From assembly GCA_951406725.2 (NCBI GenBank), contig OX597833.1:27466001-27530000 (forward strand): a stretch of DNA of 64,000 nucleotides, written 5' to 3'. Each line of letters begins with the position of its first letter. The first letter of the stretch is position 1. This document shows positions 12,600 to 31,032 of this stretch, in pieces. A model generated the notes under the pieces. The model worked only from the letters and a program-made list of their open reading frames with translations. It was not told the origin of the DNA and searched no databases. The DNA comes from Octopus vulgaris (taxonomy: Eukaryota). The position numbers and the translations under genes are program-made.

Positions 12600-12955
12600 C
12601 TTACTGGCTTGAATATGTCTCAAGCATGTCAACTGGCACTCAACTGGTTACAACGAGGGTTCCAGTTAATCCGATCAACGGAACAGCCTGCTTGTGAAAT
12701 TAACATGCATGTGGCTGAGCACTTCACAGATAAACGTACCCATAACATAGTTCTCAGGGAGATTCAGTGTGACACAGAATGTGACAAGCCTGGCTCTTTG
12801 GAATACAAGTATTATTTTTGCCATGTGGCTAGACTGGAGCAACATGAAGTAAAGTGTCTTACTCAAGGACACAATGCGCCACCAGGAATCAAACTCACGA
12901 CCTTATGATTATGAGCTGAATATATTAACCACTAAGCCATGCATCTTCACCTGAA
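12600..12955 (-). mobile_element. SINE family B
   Basis: GACTGGAGCAACATGAAGTAAAGTGTCTT...GGAATCAAACTCACGACC...AACCACTAAGCCATGC. Confidence 0.65.
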
Positions 12956-13042
12956 CTGGCAACAAGTTTATATATACATACATACATATATATATAGAAG
13001 TGCAACTCATACCAGTATGAGATGTTGGACATAAAATTTTGT

Positions 13043-13079
<37 letters not shown>

Positions 13080-14361
13080 TACACACACTTTTGTGTAAAT
13101 GCAAATCAATATACACACACACACAGATTGAAAACTAATGTTGGTGCGTGTGAACAAATTTTTACAGGTTTCTTTTATTTTTTTCATAAAGCTCTCGAAA
13201 GAGAATGTGGATCCCCGACATATATCACCGTCATTATTCATCTATTTATCAATTAAAAAACAGAAAAAACAATTTGACAAAAAGAAAGTTAAATAAAACC
13301 TTTTTTTCCTGTGATTTCTTTCAGACCTGACCTTCCCCTCACCACTATTTTTCTTTAAAAAAATCTCACTTTAAATGTTTGTCTTGAATGTGGGCCTCAC
13401 TCCCTCCGCTCCATAACATTAACTCATATGCAATGACACTCCCCACTTCCTACTAAACCCACCCTTTTTATCTTTCATTTGTTTACACTCACACATTTAC
13501 TTAATGTCTTGTAGATGTAACTCCTTTCTTAAACACCTTTTTCTCCCACCAACACCACGTCCTCTCCCTTTATTATGTTTGTTTGTGTGTGTGTGTGTGT
13601 GTGACGTTTTTTTTTCCAATTTAGAGAAGGGGGAGGTGGTATCACTCTTTTGCTGAATAAAATATTCCACTTTTGAATATTCCATTGTGTTGTTGTCTTT
13701 CAATTTACCATTGATATTGCTCTCACATGGCTGTCATAGAAGCATTTGGGCTAAAATTAGTTGAATATACATGTAACTGTGTAAGGTGGTGAGCTACCAG
13801 CAAAGTTGGCATGTCAGACATAATGCTACATAGCATTTCTTCCAACTTCACATCCTGAATTCAGATGCCTCTGAGATCAACTTTACCTTTCATCCTTTCA
13901 GGGTCTATAATAAGTACCAGTTGAATTTTGCGGCTATGTAACTGACTTATGCCTATGGCAGTGAAACAAGGGCTATGGCTATAGAGGACTTGCGAAGGCT
14001 TGAAGAAAACGAAGCCCAGCAACACCACCGGATCATTCTACACATCTGTGTAATTTTTTGCGTAATTTCACCCAGCCGTTTGACCGTGAATCCCAAGAAA
14101 GAAAGAATCATCCATGTCAAATTTATATGTATAGATGTAATTCAAAAAGTTCAAAGGGGGAATTTTCCATTCAGTATCATGTTTACTATAGAGACTATGT
14201 AACAAATTATACTTTACACTTCTATATTTAACTGTGCGTGTATATATTCCTTATTTTTGCTTCTGGTGTCTTCTGCCTTTCCATTAGGAATGTTTGCCTG
14301 GGAATTTACTTCAAGTGAAATACAAAAATCGTATGCAACAGATAAGTCGTCTTAATAACAT

Positions 14362-14830
14362 ATTTGTATACCAGACCTGTAGCTGTTACATTTAGCGTAA
14401 CGAGTTTTCTGGTGAGGGATTCGTTTACCTTCGATTGCTTCAGTAGCTACGGATGCACAAACGCACAAAACGGAGAAAATGAAACAAATATGGATGACTT
14501 GTTCAGAAACACCCGCGAGAGGGGAACACTTCTCAAATATAGCCTCCAATTGTTTTCCCCAAAAATTCCTGTGTCCGCGGAATCTACATAGTCCGAGGTA
14601 TATTTGTAGAGAATTTCATTAAAAAATATCCATTTTCTTTTAAGTTAAGACGGATTAAAATGGACTCCGGTGAATTTTCCGAAATTCCTCACCACAACCC
14701 CTCCTAAAACACTTTCCCCAAAATATTTTGCATACTCCGAATCTACAGGATATAACACATATTCGTAGACAATTTCACTAAAAATATCCATTTTTCTGAA
14801 AGTTATGATCATCCAAAGTCAGGGTGGGGG
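14362..14830. mobile_element. Non-autonomous DNA element (HINE/Helentron-like) with an internal ~159 bp duplication
   Basis: Terminal hairpin ACCAGA..GTTAC-n7-GTAAC..TCTGGT; TTTCCCCAAAA...GAATCTAC...AATTTCA.TAAAAATATCCATTTT repeated at 14554 and 14713. Confidence 0.4.
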
Positions 14831-15487
14831 CAGAAATCTGTAGTTATGCCTTTGAAACAAACACGAAGAGATTTCAGGTCAAGCAAATTCTTACAACAAT
14901 TTCTTCAAAAAGATTTCAGTATAAACTTTCGGAAAGTATGCTCAAAAAGAAACAAAAAATATTCTGTGATTCTTCTCAGTTGCAAAAGCCTTTGTATCAA
15001 TGGTGGAAGTTTTTTCTGACCTTTTTGCTGAATTCACAAACTGAATGGTGGGAATAAGATGACCTGTTAATTTTCATCTCTGTTCATATATATACGTGCA
15101 TTACCAGTACCATAAATCTCTCTCTCTATCTGTCTCCCTCTCCCTCTCCTCTCTCTTTCGTTCTCTCTCTCTCTCTCTCTTCCTCTTCCTTCACTTACTT
15201 CCACTCCCTTTCACCCCATTTCACACCATTCAGTTCTTTCATTCCTCACCCCCAACGCCATTCATTGCCCTATCAACACTCTGCAGCACCACATCTTTCT
15301 TGTCTTCCTAGATTTTTTGTCACCGGATCAAAGAGTCAATGCTCTTAGACACACCCGCACATGCTGGGTATGATATTTTATGGCCTGGACCAATGGTTCC
15401 CATCCTGGGGTCCACGGACTCCTATAGGTCCGCAAAGGTAGTACTGGAGGTCCGTGAACTAAATTCAAAATTTCATAAATATATATA

Positions 15488-15531
<44 letters not shown>

Positions 15532-15596
15532 TATACATACATATATATATATATACATACATGCATACATATATATATATATATATATATACATAC

Positions 15597-15637
<41 letters not shown>

Positions 15638-15652
15638 CTTATATATATATAT

Positions 15653-15948
15653 GGGCTCGGTCGGCCCCTTTGGGCTTGCGTTGCACTGCTTGTGCGTTGT
15701 GTGCGTGAGCGCGCTTCGTGTGTGTGGGCTTGCTTCGGATGTGCGCTTGCGTATGTTTGCATACATACCCACACACTCGCATGCATCCCTACCCACATAC
15801 ATACACGCACACCTACTCACACACACACATACACACACACACATACCCGCACACACACACACATACATACATACACACACATACCCACTTCAGACATACA
15901 CACACACAGACATACACCCATACACCCACACTCACACGCATACACACA

Positions 15949-15989
<41 letters not shown>

Positions 15990-18105
15990 ACATACATACA
16001 TTACACTTGTATACGCACACACTTACATTCATACACACACACACCTACACAGCCATACCCTCACTCAGACACACACAACACACACTGACACACACCCATA
16101 CATAGATACATCTACACACTCACGCCTACACACATACATACACACATACATAAACACACACACATACACATACACACACATACGCACACACGCATATACT
16201 TATACACATGCACACACACACACATACATACACCCATATACATACACACACACATACCTACATACTCCTATACGCACATACATACACACAGACATACACA
16301 CTCACACAAACATACACACACACATACTTACACACACACTCACCTGCACGCGCACACACATGCATGACAAACACTCATACACTCACACTCACATACGCAC
16401 ACACCAACATAAACACGCACACGCACACACACACCTACACTCCCACACACATAACACACGCACCTACATACACACACGCACGCATACACACGCATACACA
16501 CATACATTACACACGTACACACACACCTACATACACATGCACACACACACACACACAAACATGCACGGACACACCCAGACATACATACATACACCTATAT
16601 ACACACGCCTACACACCTACATACACACACATATACACACGCCCACACAGCTACATACACACACATACATACACACATACACGGACACACCCATACATAC
16701 TTACATACATACACCTATACACACACGCCTACACACCTACACACACACATGCACACACACACACATGTACGCACATACACACACATATACGCACACACAT
16801 ATATACCCACACACATGCACACACACACACATACGCACATACATGCACGCATGCACACGCGCACACCTACACGCATACACACACACACACACACGCACGT
16901 ACACATACATACATACACACACGCATACATACACCCATACACATACATGCATCCTACACACACATACATACACACTCACACATACATACACACACACGCA
17001 CTCACTCACACACCTGTATGTTCGCGCACACACATGCACATACACACACTTCCCCCACACCCACACGTACATACATACACACTCATACACACATACACAC
17101 ACACACACACACACGGACATACATCTATGCACACACATATATACACACATACTCACATACATTCATCGGACACACTGCCAACCAGACATACACACAGACA
17201 CACTCACACATCCACACGCACACATACGTACGCGCACACTCGCAGGCTCGCGCACACACGCGTTTGCGCCGGTTCGCGCACGCATGCGCCCGCATGCACC
17301 TCGCCCTTGGACCCGACGAGACCTCCCGCCCGTTCCTGGGATGTCGCTTGTCGTTGGGTTTTCCCACGCCCGTCTCCGCGGGACCACTCTTCCATCTTCC
17401 CCTCCGCTGGAGTCCTTTTCCTAACCCCCCCCCCTTTTTTTCGTTACACACACGCGCACACATATACACACATTGCTTAAACATATACATCACTCTTACA
17501 CACATTCAATCTACTCGCCACTAATACTACCACGACACTGGACACACACACACACTACTACTCAACACACGCTGGCACGCTACATACGCCCCCACCCCTT
17601 CCCCTCCCTCCCTTCCTCCTTCCTCCCTTTTCTCACTACTGACCTTTGTCTGCTATGCTGCTGCTATGCTGACCACCGTCTCGCCCTACCTCACACGCCT
17701 ACACACAGACGCACACACTAACACATACATATATTTTTTGTTTTTTTACCTCGCCTCACACACACACATACACACACGCACACGCACACACTCACACATA
17801 CACACACATCTGTTGCGTTACCAACCTTGTCTCCACTCTTTTGCCTTTAAAAACCCACTTTGCTCTTGTTATCGTAAACATCCGCCTTTCACCATGTGCT
17901 ACTCCTAACACCAGCCGTTTTTTTCTCTATCTCCGTTGCCCGCTCCGGGATCTTTCTTTCCTCTCTCTTCCTTCTTTATGTTTCCGACGAAGAGCTCCGC
18001 TCGAAACGTCATACCTCCCTGCTTCCATTTCCTGAGCGCCTATTAATAATAATACTGTAATTGTTCCCTTGTTGTTGTTTTTTTGTTTCCCGTTTGGATT
18101 AAAAT
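15653..18105 (+). mobile_element. 5'-truncated Penelope-like element (family A), non-coding 3' part only
   Basis: Colinear with 31337-33721: GC-rich block, ~1.5 kb CA-mosaic, GC block, hammerhead-like motif and end TTTGGATTAAAAT followed by (TA)n. Confidence 0.85.
17980..18014 (+). ncRNA. Minimal hammerhead-ribozyme-like motif (variant core, weakened stem I)
   Basis: GTTT-CCGACGA-A-GAGC(TCC)GCTC-GAAA-CG-TC-ATAC in the Penelope terminal repeat. Confidence 0.5.
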
Positions 18106-19040
<935 letters not shown>

Positions 19041-19116
19041 CTAGCAGAATTGCCCGGCGTTGCTCGGGGCTGAATTGCTTGAAAGTACTGTTAATGATTG
19101 CACTGAATTATGAGGA

Positions 19117-19650
19117 TTATTCAGGCAAATATTGATATAAGTTTACGGTGGGAGATAAGGACTTAACGATAAAACGTGTGCCATTGCATTGTTTTGGAGG
19201 AACCAAATTTCTGATGAGCATTATAGGGGCACCAACTTTAAGTTTGAGAAAGTGTGGTGGTAATCCGGGGTGCTCAAAGGAATTGAGTACCTCTATTGGA
19301 TAGTTGATGACGTCCTCTGGGTCAGGAGTTGTATCGATAGACTGATATACATAGACTTCCCCAGGAATGAGTTTTAGCATTTCATCATTAATATGGTGAA
19401 CAGTTTTATTCCTCGGGGCCAGTATAGCCTTTTTGCTAATCCAATCCATATTCTGATAATTAGCTTGTAGATCTGGGAACACTGCATCTCTGAGATCAGA
19501 AGGCGTCTTAACAATGGTACAAATGGAATCGATGGCAATATTACCATTTTCATCCCCTGGTATTTTGCCTTCGCCAAGTGCAAGGAGGGTGTGAGGAAAT
19601 GCTGCTGATGTGATATTACGTCGCATATGAGCACGCACATTGGTGTGAAG
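19117..19650 (-). pseudogene. Helitron PIF1-family helicase fragment
   Basis: AILAPRN..V..IN, YQSID, YPIEVLNS...GLPPHFLKLKVGAPIMLIRNL...CNGTR motifs; internal fragment only. Confidence 0.9.
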
Positions 19651-19887
19651 TTTGAGAGTTACTTCCCTTTATTTAAAAAAATATGCATTAAAATGGAAAA
19701 AAATGATGGTAAATTATTTGTAAAATCATAGACTCATCGTAGACGCGCGCTAATACACAGAAGGGCTCGATATGAATCACGACTATAAGATACCCGGTTT
19801 TGGCTAAACTGCATCGCAAAATGTGGGAGTAGTTAGGAATCTAAATCGGAGTAGACAGACACACAACCTTTCTTTTATATATAAATA

Positions 19888-20397
19888 TTTTCGTCCTAAA
19901 AAACTTTGTATGGAGTGAAAGGTTACCTCTATGGAAATATATACACACACATTATACATACATCTGTGTATAGATGAATATATACATACATTTAAATATC
20001 TATATACACTTTTGTGCGATCTTTCTTTTTCTTAGAGATAACTTTAGATCTTATTTTCGTCCTAAAAAACTTTGTATGGAGTGAATGGTTACCTCTATGG
20101 AAATATATACACACACGTTATACATACATGTGTGCATAGATGAATATATAAATACATTTAAATATCTATATACACTTTTGGGCGATCTTTCTGCTACTTG
20201 TATATACTTTAGATCTTATATTCGTCCTAAAACACTTTGTATGGAGTGAAAGGTTACCTCTATGGAAATATATACACTCACATTATACATACATCTGTGT
20301 ATAGATGAATATATAAATACATTTAAATATCTATATACACTTTTGGGCGATCTTTCTGCTACTTGGATATAGGTCTTATATTCGTCGTAAAAAACTT
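19888..20397. repeat. ~165 bp tandem repeat x3 inside the Helitron
   Basis: TCGTCCTAAAA..CTTTGTATGGAGTGAA.GGTTACCTCTATGG at 19891, 20057 and 20222, with a partial copy at 20382. Confidence 0.9.
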
Positions 20398-20409
20398 CTA
20401 CCCATCAAT

Positions 20410-20444
<35 letters not shown>

Positions 20445-20926
20445 ACACGCATCCTCACACACACACACGTTAGCTTACAATTTTATTTATATATTTGCGT
20501 GTCTATGTGTGTAAAGTGGAAGTGGGAATGTAGAGTGAAATAGTCACTACAGAAAGTGAATTAGTTTCACTTTATTCGTTGCACACTGTGTGTGTGCGTG
20601 TGCTGTATCCCACACTAAGAGAAGCATTTGACTCATACACCACAATGTGAGTTTTCTAAATTTTGCTTAATTGGGGTTGAAATTTTAAAAAGTGGACCTG
20701 TCACGACCCGATGCATTCTACTCTTAAAAATGCTAGGTAAATTGTAATTGAAGAAATCCTATATTGTAGATTTCTATAAGATACAAACGGGGGCAGATAA
20801 AATCTGCCTTTTATAATAAGAGATACATACATATATATATATATATATACATACATACATATATATATATATACATACATATATATATATACATACATAT
20901 ATATATATACATACATATATATATAT

Positions 20927-20961
<35 letters not shown>

Positions 20962-20963
20962 CA

Positions 20964-20995
<32 letters not shown>

Positions 20996-21020
20996 CATAT
21001 ATATATATATACATACATAC

Positions 21021-21063
<43 letters not shown>

Positions 21064-21123
21064 CATACATACATATATATATACATACATACATATATAC
21101 ATACATACATATATATATATACA

Positions 21124-21319
<196 letters not shown>

Positions 21320-21368
21320 CATATATACATACATATATATATACATACATACATATATATATACATAC

Positions 21369-21401
<33 letters not shown>

Positions 21402-21420
21402 CATACATATATATATATAC

Positions 21421-21454
<34 letters not shown>

Positions 21455-21458
21455 ATAT

Positions 21459-21491
<33 letters not shown>

Positions 21492-21538
21492 CATATATAT
21501 ACATACATACATATATATATATACATATATATATATAC

Positions 21539-21643
<105 letters not shown>

Positions 21644-21644
21644 C

Positions 21645-21677
<33 letters not shown>

Positions 21678-21798
21678 CATATATGTATATATATATACAT
21701 ATATATGATTGATTGATTGATTGATTGATTCTAGTTTCAGCTTATGAGCTGTGGCCATGCTGGGGCACCGCCATTTGGTGTTGCTACTTGGTTTCACT

Positions 21799-24795
21799 TC
21801 ATGGGGGCTTTCTAGCAACTGCTATTTGGTGCATGAGAGAGTTCGATGCAGCTGCCCTCATCTGCCCCTCCTGCCGTGAAGTTGGTTCATCTGGGACACC
21901 TGACAGGAAGAGATCCAGCTTCATTTTAAAGACATCTGTATCCACCCCATGCAGGTCTCTCAGGTTCTTCGGGAGGATATTGAAGAGCTGTGGGCCTCGG
22001 AAGCCCAGGCTATCACAGAATCTTGTCCTACATCTTGATGGCAGGTTTGGAGTCCTAGGCACCACGCAGTGGCGCCCAGTTCTGGCATTTGCGTAACTCT
22101 CGATGCCAAAGTTCAGGACACTTCCCTCCAGGATCTTCCAGATGTATATTATGGCATATCTTTCCCGCCTACGCTCCAGGGAATATAATTTTAATCTCTT
22201 GAGTCTTTCCCAGTAGCTTACATTCTGCATAGAGGCTATCTTCTTCGTGTAGCTTCGTTGGATCGCCTCAAGTTCTGTGATCAACTTGACACTGGATGGT
22301 GACCATAGCTGAGAGCAATAGTCAAAGTGGCTTAGGACAAGTGTCTTCCAGAGGACCATCATGGTCTCTTGTTCTCTTGTTCTAAAGGTTCTAAGAATCC
22401 ATCCAGCCAGCCGTCTACATTTCATTGTCAGTTTAGCAACATGTACATGAAAGGTCGCGTCATCACTCATGTGAATACCCAGGTCACGCACTGATTGTGC
22501 CTCTGGGATTGCAATCCCTCCGGGTCCAGTGTATTCATTGGGTATTGCATTCAGTTTTGCATGCTGATAGTATAAAGCTTGAAACTTTCCAGCATTGAAC
22601 TGCATGCTATTCTTTTCAGCCCACTTGTATATTTCGTCCAGCTCACATTGCAGGTGTTTAGTGTCCTCAGGGTTCTGTATTGCCTGTGAAACTTTTGTAT
22701 CATCTGCATAACTTGTGATCGTGGCTCTCTGCGTGGCTGAGGGCATGTCTGAGAGGGCCATTATGAACAGTAGTGGTCCCAGAACAGTGCCCTGCGGAAC
22801 ACCGCTCACTATTTGTGTGTTAATGGAGGTGGCCCCATTGGCTACTACCACCTGACTTCTATCTTTCAGAAAGTCATGAAGCCATTCTCCCAGTTTTCCA
22901 ACTATGTTGAGATCACGCAGTTTGTGACATATCATTCCATGATCGACTTTATCAAAGGCCTTTGCAAAGTCGAGATATATGACTTCCACATTTGAGTGGT
23001 TGAGCAGCCGTTTCAGCACCCAGTCATAGTGTTGTAGGAGCTGAGTTAAACAGCTTCTCCCTGGTCGGAAACCATGTTGGGTGTCGGGCAGCAAGTCATT
23101 CTCTTCAAGGAAGGTGATCAGCTTCCTTCTGACTATTCGTTCCATGACCTTGCTGATGTGTGAGGTCAGAGAGATAGGTCTATAGTTCTTGGCTTCCGCT
23201 CTGCTACCTCCTTTATGAATGGGGCATATTTTACCTTCCTTCAGTTTTCCTGGAAGTTTGCCAGCTGCAAGGAAGCTCTGAAAGAGGAACTGCAGTGGTC
23301 TTGCTAGGACTCTCTTACATGCTTTTAGGAGGATTGCCGGGAATCCATCGGGGCCAGTAGCTGAGTCTGTTTTCATTTCATCTATAGCCTTGGTTACATC
23401 GTCTTCCTTTATATCGATGTAATCTATCGTCGCCGCCTCTGATTTTATATCTGCAGTGGTAAAAAAGTCAGTTGGATTGGTGATTTGGAGATGCCCAAGG
23501 GGTGGAGTGAAAACACTCTTGAATTGCTCATTCAGTATTTCACTTACCCTCATTGGTTTTCCTGTAAGTGTGCCATCCTTTTCGAGGAGTGGCCCTATTC
23601 TACAGTGCACTGTAGCTGTTTCTTTGGCATACCTGTAGAAAGCTCTGGGGTTAGATTTTATGTTTTCTATAGCCCAGGCTTCTTTGTCTGCTCTTTCTTT
23701 TTCATGGGAGAGTTGCAGACATTTTTCGATTTCCAACAGTTTTATTTTTAGGCGGGACTTTTCACTGCTTTCAATCTGTTTGTTTAGGCGATTTGAAAAT
23801 TTCGTACGCCGTCTCATTAAAATTTTCCTCTCTCTGGGGATTTTGTTCTTGTGTACAGTGGCCTTTCTCTCTGGGACACATTTGTAGCATATGGCTTGCA
23901 TTACAGACATGAATTGTTGAAGTTTCACGTCGATGTCTGGCGAGGAGAGACATTTAGGCCAGTTTTGTTTGAGGATCTCTTTCTCAATTTGTTTCCAGTT
24001 TGCCTTATGGTAGTTCAAGCTGGAAAGATTTTGAGGGTTTCTTGTAGGCTGCATGTCCGTGCTCTCTTTTGGCCCGTACATGGTCAGCTCTATCATGTTG
24101 TGATCCGAGAGTAGTGTCGGTGTCACTTTCACATTATGGATGAGATCCATGTCATTTGTGAAGCAGAGATCCAGTGTGTTACCTGCCCTGGTTGGTTGGA
24201 GTATTACCTGCTCCATGTACAGGGTGTTGATGAGGTTCAGGAGGGACCTCGCCTGTCCTCGTTCACATCTTGTCATTCCTGGGAGAGAAAGGCCCTCGGG
24301 CCATCTGACATTGGGCAGATTGAAGTCTCCCATAAGAAGCACACCTATGTGTTGTTCTAATGTGGTTAGAATTTCTTCTATTTTTATAAGGCAGTCTTCA
24401 AACTTGCCCACATGGCTTGGGGCATCTGGAGGGCGATATGTAGCACACACAACTACATCAAGTTGCCTAATATGTACAATTAGTGTGTCACACACCGAGT
24501 TTGAGTATGACAAGAGGACCTGGGGTGTGAGGTCCTCACGGATGTACATAGCAACACCTCCATGACTCCTTTCTTTCCTGTCGGTCCGTAGTACAGCATA
24601 CTGTGGTATGTGTAACTCCGCATCTGCTATGTCCGGTTTCAGGTGCGTTTCTGTAAGTGCTATGCATAAGGCTTGATTGCATGCAACAAAGTCTCTCAGG
24701 AACGGGATCTTTGTCCTGTTACTGAGTGTTTGCAGTCCTCTGATGTTCAGTAGGAGTATCGAGGTGAGGTGTACGTTGTTGCCGGCGGTGTCCAT
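21799..24795 (-). CDS. LINE ORF2: APE endonuclease + reverse transcriptase (open frame extends to 24903)
   Basis: NIRGL, LTETHL, YRPP, GDFN, LDL, SDH endonuclease motifs; [38 protein letters not shown] motifs; no stops. Confidence 0.95.
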   Translation of the reverse strand: MDTAGNNVHLTSILLLNIRGLQTLSNRTKIPFLRDFVACNQALCIALTETHLKPDIADAELHIPQYAVLRTDRKERSHGGVAMYIREDLTPQVLLSYSNSVCDTLIVHIRQLDVVVCATYRPPDAPSHVGKFEDCLIKIEEILTTLEQHIGVLLMGDFNLPNVRWPEGLSLPGMTRCERGQARSLLNLINTLYMEQVILQPTRAGNTLDLCFTNDMDLIHNVKVTPTLLSDHNMIELTMYGPKESTDMQPTRNPQNLSSLNYHKANWKQIEKEILKQNWPKCLSSPDIDVKLQQFMSVMQAICYKCVPERKATVHKNKIPRERKILMRRRTKFSNRLNKQIESSEKSRLKIKLLEIEKCLQLSHEKERADKEAWAIENIKSNPRAFYRYAKETATVHCRIGPLLEKDGTLTGKPMRVSEILNEQFKSVFTPPLGHLQITNPTDFFTTADIKSEAATIDYIDIKEDDVTKAIDEMKTDSATGPDGFPAILLKACKRVLARPLQFLFQSFLAAGKLPGKLKEGKICPIHKGGSRAEAKNYRPISLTSHISKVMERIVRRKLITFLEENDLLPDTQHGFRPGRSCLTQLLQHYDWVLKRLLNHSNVEVIYLDFAKAFDKVDHGMICHKLRDLNIVGKLGEWLHDFLKDRSQVVVANGATSINTQIVSGVPQGTVLGPLLFIMALSDMPSATQRATITSYADDTKVSQAIQNPEDTKHLQCELDEIYKWAEKNSMQFNAGKFQALYYQHAKLNAIPNEYTGPGGIAIPEAQSVRDLGIHMSDDATFHVHVAKLTMKCRRLAGWILRTFRTREQETMMVLWKTLVLSHFDYCSQLWSPSSVKLITELEAIQRSYTKKIASMQNVSYWERLKRLKLYSLERRRERYAIIYIWKILEGSVLNFGIESYANARTGRHCVVPRTPNLPSRCRTRFCDSLGFRGPQLFNILPKNLRDLHGVDTDVFKMKLDLFLSGVPDEPTSRQEGQMRAAASNSLMHQIAVARKPP

Positions 24796-25657
24796 CCTGT
24801 GTCTGTTTGCTGTGGTGGTCTGGTATATAGTGGGTAGTCCCACCTGCGGGCTTGGGTTTGATGAAGCCAGGTCAGCTGCTGTACAATCTTTTGTGCCATG
24901 CACAAAAAAGATTGTTGATCAGCAGCTGCTCTTTCGACAACATCATGTTGGCTGTTTGTGGCGCGCACAACATCTGCGTACCTCCGCTTTGGGGCAGGTG
25001 GTGCGTGGTCCATCCTTTTTCTTTGTGTTGATGGTTTGTCCATCTGCCTCGTGTCTCTGTGGCAGGGTCCCCGATGTGCAAAGCGGCAGCCTGCACCTTC
25101 CTTTCCATGCCAGCAGGAACATCTCAGGTAGAACATACACACCCGTGTGCGCTGTTTGGTTCCATCCTTTGCGGTTCCACTTCTATTCCTGGTTGTTTCA
25201 CTCTTTGGTCCTGCTTGAGCTTTTTCTTTTCCTTTAGCTCTTCCAGTCCTTCTTTTAGTTCTTCTTCCTCCTCTACCTCTTCACCGGGTTCTCCGTCTCC
25301 ATGGCCCTTGCTGCCGGTTGGAGAACTTGCACCTGGGTTCACTTCCCGGGCAGGTTTCTCATTCAAAACCTCCTCCCGGGCGTCCACCAGGTGGGGGTGA
25401 CTTCTTTCATCGTCTCCATTCTTGCCATCTTTGCCCCGCTCGTTCTCAAAGATGGCATCAAGTGTGCCAATGTGCGACCGTACAAGCGCATATGAGCGCA
25501 CGAATTCCTGTCTCTTTCGCTCCATCTGAGCCGCTGTCCTCTTGTAGCCTCTGCTCTTCAGCGCAGCAGCAATCACCTCGCTAGGGCTATCTCCGCCGGC
25601 GCACTCCCATGCTCGTACGAATAAATCCAGCTCGTCACGTCTCCATGCTCTGGACAT
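24747..25657 (-). CDS. LINE ORF1 (Myb/SANT-like N-terminus, acidic/coiled region, CCCH finger), broken by one frameshift near 25145
   Basis: 25657-25124 encodes WRRDELDLFVRAW...IAAALKSRGYKRTAAQMERK. A different frame, 25142-24747, encodes CMFYLRCSCWHGKEGAGCRFAH and overlaps the ORF2 start. Confidence 0.7.
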
Positions 25658-25714
25658 GCTGGATAATCCGTCTATCCGTTTATCTATCTAATTATGTTCG
25701 AGAGAAGACAGGAA

Positions 25715-26245
25715 GATATTAAGGCTAATTAGAAGATAGAGTACTTGAAAAAGAAATATTAACAATATTAAAGTTTGTGTAAAAACGTTATTTGGGTAAA
25801 AACGTTATTTAATCTTAAGGCTAATTAGGGGATAGAGTATCTGAAAATGTATTAGCAATATTAATATTATATTAGAGTGTGGATAAAAACGTTGTTTAAT
25901 CTTAAGGCTAATTAGGAGATAAAGTATCTGAAAATATATTAGCAATATTAATATTATATTAGAGTGTGGGTAAAAAACGTTATTTAATCTTAAGGCTAAT
26001 TTGGAGATAGAGTATCTGAAAATATATTAGCAATATTAATATTATATTAGAGTGTGGGTAATATTAAACGTTATTTAATTTAATCTTAAGGCTAATTAGA
26101 AGACAGAGTATCTGAAAAATTATATATACAATATTAAGCAGTATTAACCGTTATTTAATTTAATCTTAAGGCTAATTAGACGTTATTAATATTAAACGTT
26201 ATTTAATTTAATCTTAAGGCTAATTAGAAGATAGAGTATCTATAT
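25715..26245. repeat. ~87-91 bp tandem monomers in the LINE 5' UTR
   Basis: AACGTTATTTAATCTTAAGGCTAATTAG..GATAGAGTATCTGAAAA at 25801, 25888, 25976 and 26067, plus partial units. Confidence 0.9.
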
Positions 26246-26265
26246 ATACATATAGATAGAGTATC

Positions 26266-28783
<2,518 letters not shown>

Positions 28784-28967
28784 GGATTTTACATCTAATG
28801 TGAAGAGGAGGTGTGAGGGGCTGGAAGGGAAGGAAAAGGAATTGAAGAGACGGAGGGCGTGGTTGGTGTCGTGTATGTGGGATGGGATGGCTGCGACTAA
28901 GGGGGACAGGATGCGGTCGAGGTATAGGGAGATGAGTTCAGTGGGGCAATTACAGGCAGAGACTATG

Positions 28968-28998
<31 letters not shown>

Positions 28999-29011
28999 CG
29001 TATATATATAG

Positions 29012-29104
<93 letters not shown>

Positions 29105-29107
29105 CAC

Positions 29108-30803
<1,696 letters not shown>

Positions 30804-30997
30804 GGTCCTCGTCTTCTTCCCTTTTTTTTCCGGATACATCACCCCCACCACCCCACACCTACCTACCTCCCACACGCCTGTTCACACACACACATACGTA
30901 TACACATCTACGTACATACATTCACACATTTAATCACACACACTTATAGACATACATGCACACACTAACATACAAACCAACATGCACATACATACAC

Positions 30998-31032
<35 letters not shown>

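Larger units (their letters stand above)
19041..20823 (-). mobile_element. Compound Helitron (two 5' ends, one 3' end)
   Basis: 3' hairpin CCCGAGCAACGCCGGG plus CTAG|T at 19041; internal 5' end at ~19887 homologous to 750; outer 5' end A|TCTCTTATTATAAAAGGCAG at 20823. Confidence 0.75.
21707..26265 (-). mobile_element. Near full-length CR1/L2-group LINE
   Basis: 5' tandem-repeat UTR, ORF1, intact ORF2, short 3' UTR and (AATC)6 tail; embedded in (TA)n. Confidence 0.92.

Noticed and set aside
19888-20397. Regularly spaced repeats (also 25715-26245 and 38209-38352) as a CRISPR-like array
   Set aside because: Whole units are repeated with no unique spacers; eukaryotic TE context; no cas genes.
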